A stretch of 63,260 nt of DNA, the filler included, from Atractiella rhizophila (Eukaryota): assembly GCA_021432655.1 (NCBI GenBank). It is 5 parts of 5 records of this genome, joined end to end, with 100 filler letters (N's around TTAATTAATTAA, not from the genome) between each part and the next. Parts side by side here need not be neighbours in the genome. Positions count along the whole stretch, not along the records: positions 25,258 to 50,251 come from MU271781.1; positions 50,352 to 59,790 come from MU271841.1; positions 59,891 to 62,096 come from MU271855.1; positions 62,197 to 63,260 come from MU271928.1; 1 more part is not named here. One strand, written 5' to 3'. Positions 50,190 through 62,473 of this stretch are shown in pieces. The translations under genes and the position numbers were made by a program. Below the pieces are notes generated by a model. The model was given only the letters and a program-made list of their open reading frames with translations. It was not told the DNA's origin and made no database searches. Within the stretch, counting starts at the first letter, position 1. Every line of letters begins with the position of its first letter.

Positions 50190-50251
50190 TGTTGTGCAGC
50201 CTTAGGTGGGATGAAAATCCTCAACAAGTGTCATTCGCTCACTGATGACTC

Positions 50252-50351
50252 NNNNNNNNNNNNNNNNNNNNNNNNNNNNNNNNNNNNNNNNNNNNTTAAT
50301 TAATTAANNNNNNNNNNNNNNNNNNNNNNNNNNNNNNNNNNNNNNNNNNNN
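50252..50351. other. Artificial 100-nt contig linker
   Basis: N44-TTAATTAATTAA-N44. Confidence 0.97.
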
Positions 50352-53300
50352 GACAAATCAGGCCGAGTCCAGTTCTCGCACACCCAGTCTACAATTTCGC
50401 GGATCTGCACCCACAAATCGTAGCTGACCGGCTCGCTAAATTTCTGTTGCAGATAAACTACCGAAGCGGTGAGGAATATTCAGGTGCAATAGATATGGAC
50501 TCACTGGCATCCATGAGTTCTCCATATATGTCTAGTTGCAAGTGGTCCTGTCATGTAGAGTTATTTCCTCATCACCTTGGTGAGCATGAACATACACAGG
50601 CACCATTGCCAATGCGGACCTGCGTGAAGGCATCAGCATGGCTAGGCATGGTGCGAACGAGTATATGCTCACTGGACGCTGACCACGATAACCCTCGAGG
50701 TGGTTCAACTCGAACTCTTGTAACTCTTTGGAACCATGAATTGTGAACATGATCTGCAAGGGGTTGTCGCTTCCTCTGTCTCGCTCTTGGATACGGTCAT
50801 GCATGAAGTCTTCGAAAATGGTCAGTGTTTTCGTTTACAGATTGGTTTCCAGCTTACGCATATATTGGCGGGCTTCTTCAGTGAACCCAAGCCTATTTCT
50901 CTGTGTCAGTCGCGAGCGATGGATTGGCAGCAAGGAGCCGCACCTGATGAAAGCGTAGATGGTAAAGGACGCATCTCGAACCCAACAATACCTGTAATCC
51001 CAAGTTCGACCATTTCCCTCCAGATCCTGGGAGATAACGATTCAGTAGAAAAAGATTGGTTAAAAAGAACTGTACCTCCGGTAGGGAAAATGTCGGGGCT
51101 GCGACGATACTTCCCTTGGGTTCAAAGGTGAGGAGCTGTTGATCTAGTGTGAGGAACTCTGCCGTTGAGCGTAAAATGAGTGCAGACTTTGAGAGTAATC
51201 CTAATTTGGCAGGTTAGTATAAGAGAAAAATGGAGAGCAAGGTAGGCTTACGCNNNNNNNNNNNNNNNNNNNNNNNNNCGGACGTAGAAGTCCAAGCTAC
51301 AGGCGAGGTGGACGACCTGGGACGCCTCAAAGGCTACCAAGTCGTAAACCCTGGAGACGAAGAAGAAGAAGACCCTCTAGCTTCGGGGTCGGTAGTAGCA
51401 GAGGAGGTCGAAGTTGTACTTCAAGTCGAAGACCATAACCCCATCCAAGACTACGGCCTTCGCCGCCGAGGAGGCCAACTCCGTGGTAAGACGGAAGCCC
51501 CTCACTCCTCACTGCGGTGATCTGAGATATGGGGTCCCTAGCAGAAGAAGGTACCTGTTCAGCCCTGGAAGAAGGAGAGATACGGGCAAGACCGGAAAGT
51601 GTACGCGACCGAGAGGTAAGACGTCATAACTGAGTCTGAGACCCCCTTTCGAGCTCTAAAGACGAAGATGAAGGTAACCAAGGGTCAGGTAGCTTTCGTG
51701 GTTGACCGCCGTAAGTAGTGTGTGAAGAGACAAGTGAAAGGAGCGGGTTACACAAGGGTTGTAACCTAAAGGTGAGAAACTATTCGGCTAACAGCAGCAG
51801 AACAAGCTCGTTCATTGGCTAAACCTGCTCTACCAGAAGTTTTCGGTGTCGCGAAACTTCCATCCGAAGTTTAAGTCGCTTACGAAGAAATCTCTTTCTT
51901 ACTCCGTCCCTACCCTCCTCTTCTAATCTATCCTAACTTCTAACTTACCTCCCTTGACATTCAAATCGCTTGTCCCAAGCTCACCCTAGTCTTTTCCACA
52001 GGCCTTTCTCCATGCGGCTGTCTTTTCATCGGTGAAGGCAATTCCAACGCTTCCCAAGCTCTCGACTTCGAAGGCGCCACTAAAACTACTGCACACAACT
52101 GCCGCACCCCCTACTATTCCACATCTCATCACTGCTTCTTCTGCTACCCCTGAGCTCTTCCCCGTCTTTTTCACTTGCATCCTAGCTAGGCCTGTTCAGG
52201 AACTATGCGTAAAGCTCTCGGCGACCCTTTTCGTGTCTTTTGCGGCAGTCATGCGACACCTCGCTTCGGAAGCTTAGACTACGGAAGCTCTGACTCTCGT
52301 CGGTACCTTTGTAGTCGGAAACGAGCTGGGGAGTTGTTTACTTCAGCATGGAACTTGGAGACAAAGTTAGAACTTAAGAAAAACAAGACAAGGAGGAAGC
52401 TTTCTCTTCCGAACTAAGGTTGTCGACTTCTCGCACGAGAGGTATTCATGGACGTCCAGAAAGGTGGAAGAGAGATTGCTAGAGGTCTGGACACGCGCAA
52501 CTTAAAGTTCACCAAATCCCAGACTTTTATAAAAGAACTCGAGAAGGTAGAACTGCCTACGTAGCAGGTCGGCAGGCACGAGCCTATACTCCAGTACTCG
52601 ATCTGAGTTTCAAAACCTCTGCAACTCGTTGCGGCTGTCTTCAACGAGAAACTTATTCAACATCAGTATTCAGCGAGACCTTCAGCACACCTATCAATAC
52701 TCGAGAAACTCGAACCTTTATACGGGTCAGATACGTGTTCGGAACTCCATCACTGCATCCACCTTCTTTATCTCCTGGGTGGACGAGTAGCACATTGACT
52801 AACAAGTCGACAGCAACGACCAGTAAGTTTGCCAAATCCAGCAGAGAGTCTCATTTTCGACTTAAACAAACTCTCCATTTCCGCCGGTTTAACGACCACT
52901 AAACAAATACCTCAAGTACGACGAGTTGCACAGTAAAGACGTTAAGAGCGTAACCGCAGATCGCCATGGAAGTGTCTTCTCTAAAGGAACAGGTCGCGGA
53001 GGTTTAATAAGGACATGAAGAAGGGTAGCAGCAAGGGCAACTCGAGGTTGACCTTTAGGTAGTGAATTGTTGAAATGTTCCCAAGACGTTCTCTCTTAAG
53101 TGCACTGACAGTGCCGTAGTGGCTGAGGGCGCCTTAACAATCCGCACAAACAACCGCGACACCCCTCGTTTCGTTGGTCGTATCGAAGTCGAAGCCAGAA
53201 GCGAAGTCAGTGAATTTTCCCAGAATCCCGTTGCACGTAAGTAGCTAGCGGGGTAAGTCGGTGGTAAGTCGCATATTTAAGTTCGATACCGGAGGAGTGG

Positions 53301-54613
53301 ACAGCGAAGTGCGAGGTTCTACAGTCGGTAGTGGTTTCCTCAACCTAGAGTCGTAGGCAAGTAGTCCTTAAGTTGGTGTCCTCTAGTACTACCTATGCAG
53401 CATACAGAAGACGTAACGTTTCACGACTTCACGACTTTACGACTTGAGGCGCAGCTGTCGGCTAGCTCTCAATACCTGACTAGCCACGCAGCTAGGTGGA
53501 GCTTAAGCTCGTCCTATATTTCTGTACTAGATCCCTTGTACGTATGACGGCGAGACCATAGCGAGCTACGCTCGTAGCTGTCGAAGACAACCGGTTTAAA
53601 GCTGAGTGGCTCCAAGCAAGCAGGAAAGGGATGGTCGCTAAGATTGTGACCGAGCTTGACGGATCACACAAGCGCTCTTAGCACCTGTTTTTGTTTCCAC
53701 CTGTGAAAGTCTAAGTGGGGTGAACCCTATTCAAGTGTCGAGCGCGAAGGATGAACGGGTTGTGACGTCACAACGTTTCATTCAAGTACGTGCTTCTCCC
53801 TCAACATTGGTAACACTCGGACAAGGAGAAAAGACGTGAGTTTATTTGATTACTTAGGTTTCTGGCTGAAGGAGGAGCGGATCCGGCAGTCATGTCTTTT
53901 TTGGCGAGATAGGGACGAACCAAGCTGCGCAACTTCAAGCACGAGGGGAGCACAGGTTTTACGAAAGACTAAGTCTGGATGTCCGACAAGCACCGTCCCA
54001 AGGCAACTTCGATCTTACAATGGGACGTAAGTTGATGCGCGCTCTACTCGTGTGGTGCTTGCACCGGCGTCTAGGGAGTCGGAATCTGTGTTGGGTCCCG
54101 GTGAGATTTCGGTGCAAGCGCAGGTTTCTAGAGTGCTACCTCGATGCCATGTAGAGCTCGGGACCTCTGTGCAGCTTCCGAGGCCGCCATAGAAAGCTCT
54201 TCCTGAGGCGGAGACAGCGGCACGATCCTGACTTTCCACGACCACAATGGCGGTTCAAACTCAACCTCCTCTGTGTTTGTCAGTGCAAGTAAAAAACCCT
54301 TGGGCTTTTCCTCTTCCCAGGGTCTTTGCTTCGGGAACAATCCGTTGAGGGTTAAACTTGTTTCGTTTTCTTCTAGGTCCTCTCTGCTGATGAGAAGGAC
54401 TGTTTTAACTACTTTTCACGCCTCAGCGTAAACAACAATACAGTACGACTGAAACACGGTTCCAAGACAAAAGCTGGACATATTACTATGGTTCGATCCA
54501 TTCTACCGCCAAATGAGCTGAGTTGGGGTGTAATTACTAAGCAGGTCATGACCTTTCCAACCCACTCGTTCAGGAGCATGTGGCCCGCGACCTCTCTTAA
54601 ACACTACGCAAGT
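50352..54613 (-). CDS. Glycoside hydrolase family 15 (glucoamylase/trehalase-like). Normal part 50352-51253; 5' exons hidden in the mirrored block (complement of 53287-54613 read left to right). 3' end cut by the gap
   Basis: [46 protein letters not shown] in the normal part. The mirrored part gives MASSPVASRSK...[34 protein letters not shown]. Confidence 0.88.
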
Positions 54614-54671
54614 CGCATTCGGATGGAACGAGAGGTAAAAAGAGAATATGATTGGACGGTTTAATCCTAAT
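51279..54671. other. Block written reversed without complementation (assembly artefact), preceded by a 25-N gap at 51254-51278
   Basis: 54614-54671 is the exact mirror image of 51196-51253. Right-to-left reading gives genes that join both flanks in frame. Confidence 0.96.
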
Positions 54672-56047
54672 TGGGGATTTGACGACGACACAGGGGACGC
54701 CTCTTCCTCTTCGTCTTCAGAACCTGAGGTGCCAGCCGAAGACCCAAACCTTGTCACCACTACCCGAGCCGCCTATCCACGTCAACCCAGGACCTCGACG
54801 TCTTCCCGTCCTCGCAGCTTTGTAGGAGTGTTAGGTACCCCGTCACCTTCACCTACCACCACGTCCTTCGGCCCATCGATACATGCGAGGCGCAAAGCAA
54901 GGGCGAGCGATAGATACGTCATCTCTGCAAAGAGTCGGAAGGTGTCAGAACTGGCGAATCGTATTCTCGATGAGGTGGAGGCAATCGAAGAATCCAGGTA
55001 CATTTAGATTTCTTTCACGGGAGATCACTACTGAAGGTAAAAGCAGCTTCACTCCTCGAGCACGGGCCAGACTTGTTCGATCATTCCTTGACGTTCTTGA
55101 CCTCTACAGGGCCACCATGCCCGTGCACCATATGAAGAAACTAGAAATCCCAGCTCTTGGAATGCAATTTTCAAACGACTGCCAATGGATCTCCCACGAT
55201 ATTGAACGACGCTTGAAGAAAGACAAGAATGGTCGACTGGAGAACGAAGAAGGCGTCAGCCTTGCCCTGGACCAATTGCGGAAGCTAGGGGAGCGGTGGA
55301 GGTCGAAACAAGAGGTTGGTTGTTTCAAGTTTGGTGAGGCGTATGGGAATGACGAAACGGCAGGAGCTGCAACGTTCGGTTATTTTGGATTGTCTCAGTG
55401 GAACGGATCATTTCAAAGATGTGGGGGATGACCTTCGTTATGCGAACTGTCAAAGGAGCATCAAGCAGATCATCATGAGTCTGTCGCAGCTCTCACAGGC
55501 ATGGCAGGTGTGTTTGTCCCTTCTTTGTATGACGGGAGTCTCAATGCTCTTTAGAATGTCGTCGCCCGGTCATACCTCTTGAAAGCATTGGGCAACATAG
55601 TCAACGAAGTTCTCACTGTCATCCTGAAAGACATCGAAGACATGGTGGACATATCTGCAGATGAAAGCGACCGACTGAACCTTCTATGCAAAAGTCTTCA
55701 CGAGCTAGAAAACCTTTTCTCCGATGGAACAAGAGTAATTTCATCTTCTTCTAACACAGTGATACGTACCGCTCACAGGTGATGCAGTCGGAGGTAGGAA
55801 TCCATGTACCCATCTGGTTCAAATTCGTGTTCCTCAGCGAGATCCTCTCAGCTTCCATGGTGCGTTTTCCTTTCTCTCGTAGTGGACCGAAGTTGAGCGC
55901 TGGTGTAAGGCGGACCTTATGTACCTTTGGAACGAGGGTCACCTTCACGAGTTCTCTGCTCAGGAGATAGTGAATCTCATTACGGCTCTATTCAGCGATT
56001 CGAGCGCTCGTCAAAAGAACATCAATGCGATTTTGGGGCATCATTGA
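51279..56047 (+). CDS. ZW10/Dsl1-like tethering/kinetochore protein. 5' half lies in the mirrored block (read ~53060 down to 51279), 3' half is 54672-56047
   Basis: Mirrored ...GWGFDLPEEEE...EPEDAG joins WGFDDDTG in frame. Also LDLYRATMP, MQFSNDC, WFKFVFLSEILSASM, EIVNLITALFSDS. Confidence 0.8.
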
Positions 56048-56114
56048 GCAAAGGAAGGAAGGAGCGAATCAAAAACATGGGTGGAAATTATGGTTTATCT
56101 TGCACAAGGATAAT

Positions 56115-57105
56115 CTAAATAGCTTTGCTCTTGACAAGGGCTGCATCACAACCAATGAGCGACGAGTACGACGATAGAAAGCGTTGAGAACGTACCCTCG
56201 ACCTCGGCAACGGCAGAGACCAAAATATCCCTCTGCAGTTTCTTGTCCTTCAATTGCTCAGCAACGGTGGCCTGAACGGTCTTGACAAGCTCCTTCTGTT
56301 GTGCCTCTCGCTGTTGACCCTCGTACCTGACCCACGAGTCCAACACTGACTTGATCTCGGCAGCGACCGCCGACTTTTGACGGAGGACGTAAGCTTCGTG
56401 CTCAAGCTTCGCGGTTTCCTGTACACCAGTTGAATCAGCGAAATGGAGGCAAAGTGTAAGGAGGAGAGAGCGAACCTCAGAGAGAGCGAAGAGGGCCTTG
56501 GTCACTTCCTCAACATCCTGGAGCTCCTTTACCGAGTCAATCCTCTCCCTAACGGCGGAGGTGTGTTCAGCCCTTGAGCTATTGAGGATGTCCTTGATTT
56601 TCTACACTCCCACATCACTTCTAGACCCATTCCACTGCCGTTGAGCAGAAAACGCACGTTGATATTGGCATCCGCCCACTCCCTGTAAGGAGTCCTAACC
56701 AAAGTGGAGAGATAGGCAATGAAAGCAACAAAGGATCCGAGAATGACAAATTCGCTGTTTAAGACGATGAGCTCTTGAGAAAGGGCAGCGGCGGTGACAC
56801 CGGTTCCAAGGGTGATCCATCCGGTCTTAGTGACGATTGAATTTCCAGGCAGGGAGTCAATAATCGACGCCGCCTTCACTTTGGGGTCTGGAACTGTTGA
56901 CTCCCGTCACTAAGGAGGGCCGAATGGGTAAAAGGAGGAAGTACCTGTGGATTGGCGCCTGGCACTGTTTTGGGGCTTGTGAGCGAGCAACGTGGCTTTG
57001 GGACGTAAAAACTCACAGAATGAGGGGCACGGCAGGCGAGACCCTGTTCAGAGTCGTAGGCCGCACGGCGGTGAGGTTACGCCCGGCTAGTCGAAGGGCA
57101 CTCAT
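56115..57105 (-). CDS. ATP4: Mitochondrial ATP synthase subunit b (subunit 4)
   Basis: KAASIIDSLPGNS, ETAKLEHEAY, KSVLDSWVRYEGQQRE; presequence-like N-terminus; ends ALVKSKAI*. Confidence 0.95.
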
Positions 57106-57506
57106 GTTTTTGGTGGTAGTCGAAGTTTGCTCAATACCTTGATGCGCGTTGATGAGACATTACACTTACAACACCCCATTGTTTGTGGAGTGTAAAAATT
57201 ATGGGATAGGACGTCGTCCATTCAGGCTTCCAAAAATCAACTAGTAAAACCAAAGTCGAATGGTGTTCGTAAATCAGGGCTCCTATTAACAAGAACGGCT
57301 GAACAAGTAATGCTGCCCATGACTGGGCTCCTGAGAGGGACAGTCTACCAGAAGACATATCTCTGTCCAAGTGAGCCTCACTTGGGAACTAAACTTCGCA
57401 AGGACGAATAGCAGTCCTATAGCAGTCCAGTTGTCATTGACCGAACTGCCGAGAAAGGGTTCCGAGTGGTGGAGGATGGCATCTCGCGATGATGTCCTGA
57501 TTCCTT

Positions 57507-58815
57507 CTAATCAACGTCCATTTCGTCATCCAAGAGTATCTCCTCCATCCTCTTCCTATGACTCTCCTCCTCTTTCTCCGCCGCATCGATCTTCCTATTC
57601 TTCTCAGCCGTTTTCCTCCTTGTCTTCTCAATCTCCACCAGGAGCCTCAACTCCTCCAACTTCCTTCTCTTGCGCTCCTTCTCTTGCGATAGCTCCTCAG
57701 ACGAAGACCTCAGTGCGGCTGCCTCAGATTTCAAGTTTTTAATAACATTTTCAGCCTCTTCCAATTGGGACTTCATGGCCGTTCGGTATTCAAGAATCTG
57801 ACGTCCAACGCCCAGAACCATCTCCTGCGTGACTACGTTTGGTGCGGCTTGTGATGGTGGGATAGACTTGGTCGACTTGTCCGCCAAAAGGGCAGATTTC
57901 CGCTTCCTCTTTTTCTTCGAGCTCGCATTGTCCACTCTGGGTAGGAGTAGCTGGGAATCGTCGAATGCCACACCTCCTTCTTCGGTGGAGACACTCTGTG
58001 AACGTTCTTCGCGGGATGTAACTTGAACGGCCTGATTGAGAGAGGAGGAGGAGCGTGGTAGTGGAGAACTGTGCTGGATCTTCACTTTAGAAGGGCTCGC
58101 AGGGAGGCGAGAAGGAGCAGGAGATGAGTCTGATGTGGGCCACATGTTGAAAGGCGAAATTGGAGTTGTGGACGCGCTGTTCCGTCTGTCAGTGTGGATA
58201 CTATCATGTATGCATTGAGTAGAACAAGGACCTGTCGTAATTGATGGTGAAGCCAACGTCTTCATGCCAGCTGTTGAGGTGCTTCCTCGCTTCTGCAAGC
58301 ATATGAGGGTCCACAATCTCCTTGTCGATTTCGAGCCAAAGACCAGATTCTGTGCTTTTCCCCCTCGTGGATCGCTCTGACCCTGGAGGACGCCACTGCA
58401 AGACGACGAACAATGACTGACCAGCCTGGAATCGCGCATTTGACGGAAACTGGATTACAATCAGCTTTGTGGAACTTTGAAAATTAAACATTTACGACTA
58501 CCGAAACGAGGTCAGACGCGTCAATCCTGGACGGTTTGATGCCCTCCGCTTGGGGATTGAAGGTGAAGGCATTGTTGGCAAGGTGGAGTTCAGCCTTGAC
58601 AAGGTGGACACTTGCATTGTCTGCATCTGACTGTGCGAATTTACTAATTGGTAGAAGGAGAGGCACGACATCCAACGCTGACGAGGTCTTTCGGAGGGCT
58701 GACATGGAAGCCTGAGTATGGACGTGTTGTGTTGATATGAGTATGATGAGGGTTGGTGCTGCTTGATGAAAACGTTGAATGCAAATAAATGACTAGCAAT
58801 GACTGTCTGAGTCAT
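57507..58815 (-). CDS. Hypothetical protein with Ser-rich middle, basic NLS-like KKKRKRK and C-terminal coiled coil; start uncertain
   Basis: 310-aa ORF plus upstream exon-like ORFs. Confidence 0.6.
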
Positions 58816-59578
58816 TGCAGTTTAGCTGCCACTGAGAAACGTTGTCAGTTCTGATGGCGACCGTCCGTTCTCTCTCTATTGAAATCTTGCTCAGATATCG
58901 AAATCATGGACGCTCATTGGGTCGACGAACAACGGCCGGATCATACGCGCTCGAGCTTTGACCCTCAGGATCTCTGGATATGCATTCTCTCCAAGACCCA
59001 CATTCAACCTTGCTCTCTAGTCTGCGACCGATAGAGCAAGCTTTCCCTGCCACTCGTTGATCTTACACCAGCACTTAGGCTTTCTGAAACAAACATGGAT
59101 CTCTTTTATACGCAATATTTTCTAATCGTCAAGAAGGCAAAAGAATATTAAACCTGTGCGCCTTGGGCCTTTGATGACGCTTAAGCTCGCTCGCTACCAG
59201 TTTCTTAGGAGGGCTTGTCGACTCTTTCCCACAATGGAGCTCGAGCCGTTCCATTGAGCCAAAGGGAATGGTTGACCTATGAACGTTTAATAGCGCGACT
59301 TGAAGCGGACGATACTAAGATCGATTTGAAGGGCTTGTTGTTCTTCGATGAAGAAACTGTATGCTGAATCAAATCAATGACTTTTGGCGGACATCGACGA
59401 AGATCTGGTTCGCTCCCGATATTCGTCAGTCACTCTGTTAACCTCAATCCTCCCGATATCTTCCAGTCGCGCGATCGGTTGAGACTTTGTGGCTTCACAG
59501 GGTCACGTGTCTTCTGCGAGATTGAGAGCGATTCATTCCATAATGAAATACAAAAGCATTTATACAATGAGGTATCGT

Positions 59579-59768
59579 TTAAAACTGCTCCAGTCGCAGA
59601 TTAGTACCCCGATGAAGTAAAAGTGGCAGCTCACCTGTCTCTGAAATCCAGGATAGCCGGTCTGTTGTGGCATCATCCCATTCTGGCCGAAAGCGCCCAT
59701 TTGAGGTTGAAATCCTGTAGGCTGAGGCTGGAATTGCTGCGGTGCACCAAATCCTGGTTGTACGAATC
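59579..59768 (-). CDS. 3' end of a Gln/Pro/Gly-rich protein with QxTG repeats (Sla1/Pan1/epsin-like endocytic adaptor); 5' part missing
   Basis: FVQPGFGAPQQFQPQPTGFQPQMG...PQQTGYPGFQRQ, then a GT-AG intron, then TTT TAA. Confidence 0.5.
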
Positions 59769-59790
59769 CTGGATCAAAGAACGATTAGAC

Positions 59791-59890
59791 NNNNNNNNNN
59801 NNNNNNNNNNNNNNNNNNNNNNNNNNNNNNNNNNTTAATTAATTAANNNNNNNNNNNNNNNNNNNNNNNNNNNNNNNNNNNNNNNNNNNN
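59791..59890. other. Artificial 100-nt contig linker
   Basis: N44-TTAATTAATTAA-N44. Confidence 0.97.
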
Positions 59891-61400
59891 CGGTTCCCGG
59901 CGAGGGATTGAGGTACCAGGGGAAGAGAAGGAAGATACAGGAAGAGGGACGTCCATCGATTTGAAGGAAGAAGTGAGATCCATTTCGAACGGCTTGAGCT
60001 GAGCTGCTTGAGGTTGAGGTTGGGATTGTGACTGTGAACGTGAGTGAGAGGACAAGGCGGAAGAGCCGGCGAAGGGATGATCCGTCCCTGTGTGCGAATG
60101 AGGGAACATCTCGAGCTCCATCTCCATCGCCTCACTTCCAATGCTTACGTTCGCTCCGCCAACTCCGACTCCGACTCCTTCTACTCCTCCACCAGGTGGT
60201 CGTTCGATCTGTCCACTGGCCGCCGCTTCCATCGCTTTGTTATAGAATCTCCTCGCTTCATCCAAGAACTCATCCAGGTCCTTGAATTTAAACGCATCGT
60301 CCAAGTTGAGGGAATTGAAGAGGTTACTCGTTGCCTTTGACGCATTGTGGTTGCGCGAGCGGGTTGGGGTGTTCCATTGTGGAAGCGGGAGAGAGGAGGA
60401 GTAGGCGAGGTCGAGAGGGTTGTGTGTCAGGTGGGTGAGGGAATGATGGTCCGTCGGGCCTAGGGTTCGCGTTTGTTGATGAGGATGGGAGTGTGTCGGG
60501 AGAGAGAGGTGGGGAAGTGGAAGAGAAGGTGGTGGGATATTGGGAAGACCCAAAGCAGCGGCAAGAGTGGACATCATTGCATCCTCTTGTGCTTCATTTT
60601 CCTTCGCTTCATCCCTCTTCAGGAAATCCAGCGGCTTGACGCCATTCGCTCCATTCAGTTCTGCACCGAGCGACTGGTTCCCGATTCCAACTCCAAAGTC
60701 CAAATCAAGTGAATCCAACAACGTAGCGGCCGCCAGATTCGGGGTTGCGGAGAACTCCAGTGAGAAGGTACGAGCGAGGTCGAGGGCGTTTTGCATTTGC
60801 GTTTGGTTCTGCAGCCCTTGGGACGACGTGGTATGGATGGTTTGATCGAAGGGAAAATTGAGGTTTGCGATGGGAGGGAAGGAGGTCGCCTTCGGAGTGA
60901 CCGGATCATGTTGCTGTACGCCAGGGACCAGTCATTCATGAACAAGTCCAGACGAACGAGGCAATTGAGGAGAAAATGACGCACCTCGTCCTGAAAATCC
61001 ATCAGTTCCACTCCTTCATCGATCCTCGACAGCTTTCGTTTCTTCACAGGGCTCTCTAAATCGAATTCCAACGAGAGAGTGTTCAGGTTGTATCCGTCCA
61101 AGTTGAGTGAGTCCAACAAACTTGAAGTAGAGGTCGCTGGCTGAAGCGTGAGTGATGGATTGATGGTGCTGCTGCTGTGTGCGAGATCGAGTGCATTCTG
61201 GTTCTGCGAGAGAATGGTGCTCGGTTCCAAATTGGAGTTGGAGAGCCAGGACAAGTCGAAATTGAACGTCTGTTTCCAACCAGATTACAAAGCGTCAGCT
61301 CAGCCAAAACAAATAGCAGGGACGCACTTGGTCCGTGAACTCCATCTTACATCCTCTGCCTGGTCACTATCACAAATCTCCTTTCTTTCTTGGTGTGCAT
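59891..61400 (-). CDS. Hypothetical low-complexity protein with internal repeats; 3' end cut by the gap
   Basis: ORFs of 199 and 317 aa sharing QNALDLA...LLDSL(N/D)LD units. Confidence 0.6.
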
Positions 61401-61700
61401 GCACCTTCTGAGGACTCGCGGTAATTATGGCTAACCTCAAAAGACGGTGCCTACGGAATGCACGTCCGGAAGGACGCTTCAAGGCGCTAAAGCAAGCGAA
61501 TAAGTCGAAGAAGACGTGGCTGGCTGGGGCTAATGCACACCTCGTGCAATCTGGTCAAAGCGGAAACGTCGCAGGGCAGAGATAACTAAAGTAAGATTAG
61601 CACATGACACCCTCTCGGAGGACGTAGTGTAGTTTCACTTAAACTTCCTCAACTGCAGGTGAAGTAGAGGTGGGCTTAGACGTGTTCGGAAGCAACAGAG

Positions 61701-62096
61701 ATGATTTCTGGATTCTTTATTCTCAACCTGAAAGGGGAAGTTCTCATATCTCGGCTTTTCCGACCAGAAATTCGGTTCGTCCCCTTTCAGGTATCGGGCT
61801 TAGTCCAGCAGCTAATTCCTAGATGTTCTCGTTTCCGAAACGCGTAGGCGTTCAGTGGCCGACATATTTCGCATACACGTAGTCTCCAATCCCTCCGTTC
61901 GCTCTCCCATCCTCACTGTCGGCTCAACCACTTTCTTCCATGTCCGGCACCAGAATGTCTTCCTCTGTTGCGTGACGAAGGCGAACGTGAATGCGGCCCT
62001 CGTTTTCGAATTTTGTTATCGCATTATACAGATTGGGAGGAGCTATTTCGGCAAGTTTGATGAGGAGAGCATCAAGAATAACTTTGTGCTCATTTA
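61701..62096 (+). CDS. AP2M1: AP-2 clathrin adaptor mu subunit, 5' fragment
   Basis: MISGFFILNLKGEVLISRLFR | RSVADIFRIHVVSN...NAALVFEF...EESIKNNFVLI. Confidence 0.93.
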
Positions 62097-62196
62097 NNNN
62101 NNNNNNNNNNNNNNNNNNNNNNNNNNNNNNNNNNNNNNNNTTAATTAATTAANNNNNNNNNNNNNNNNNNNNNNNNNNNNNNNNNNNNNNNNNNNN
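62097..62196. other. Artificial 100-nt contig linker
   Basis: N44-TTAATTAATTAA-N44. Confidence 0.97.
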
Positions 62197-62309
62197 TCCG
62201 CGCAAGGAGGAAGGTTTGCTCTGAGAAGGACTTCTTGGATGCCATCGACAAGGTCATTCGTCAAGGCAGCAAGTTCTCGTCTACGGGCTTGTATCAGGTG
62301 TACAATTAG
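62197..62309 (+). CDS. RPT1: 26S proteasome AAA-ATPase Rpt1 (subunit 7), C-terminal fragment
   Basis: [36 protein letters not shown]. Confidence 0.88.
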
Positions 62310-62473
62310 AGAAGAGAGCCTAATCTATTTGGTTTCCTTCATATGTCTGGACAATGTGGTGCATTGACAGGTTGAAGTTCGACGTTGAACGGAAGGGAGA
62401 TGAATATGCATACAGCAAGCGATAAGTTACATTGCACAAGCCAAACTTCACGATCGTTCTCTATGGGATTGCC

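Noticed and set aside
51230..54760. ORF-track ORFs in this interval as novel orphan genes
   Set aside because: They are translations of mirror-written sequence; the true reading gives GH15 and ZW10-like exons.
25158..62196. Four TTAATTAATTAA palindromes embedded in N runs as a biological motif, and gene neighbourhoods across them
   Set aside because: Identical 100-nt artificial linkers. Genes are cut at them (RCC1, GH15, AP-2 mu next to an Rpt1 tail), so adjacency across them is not evidence.
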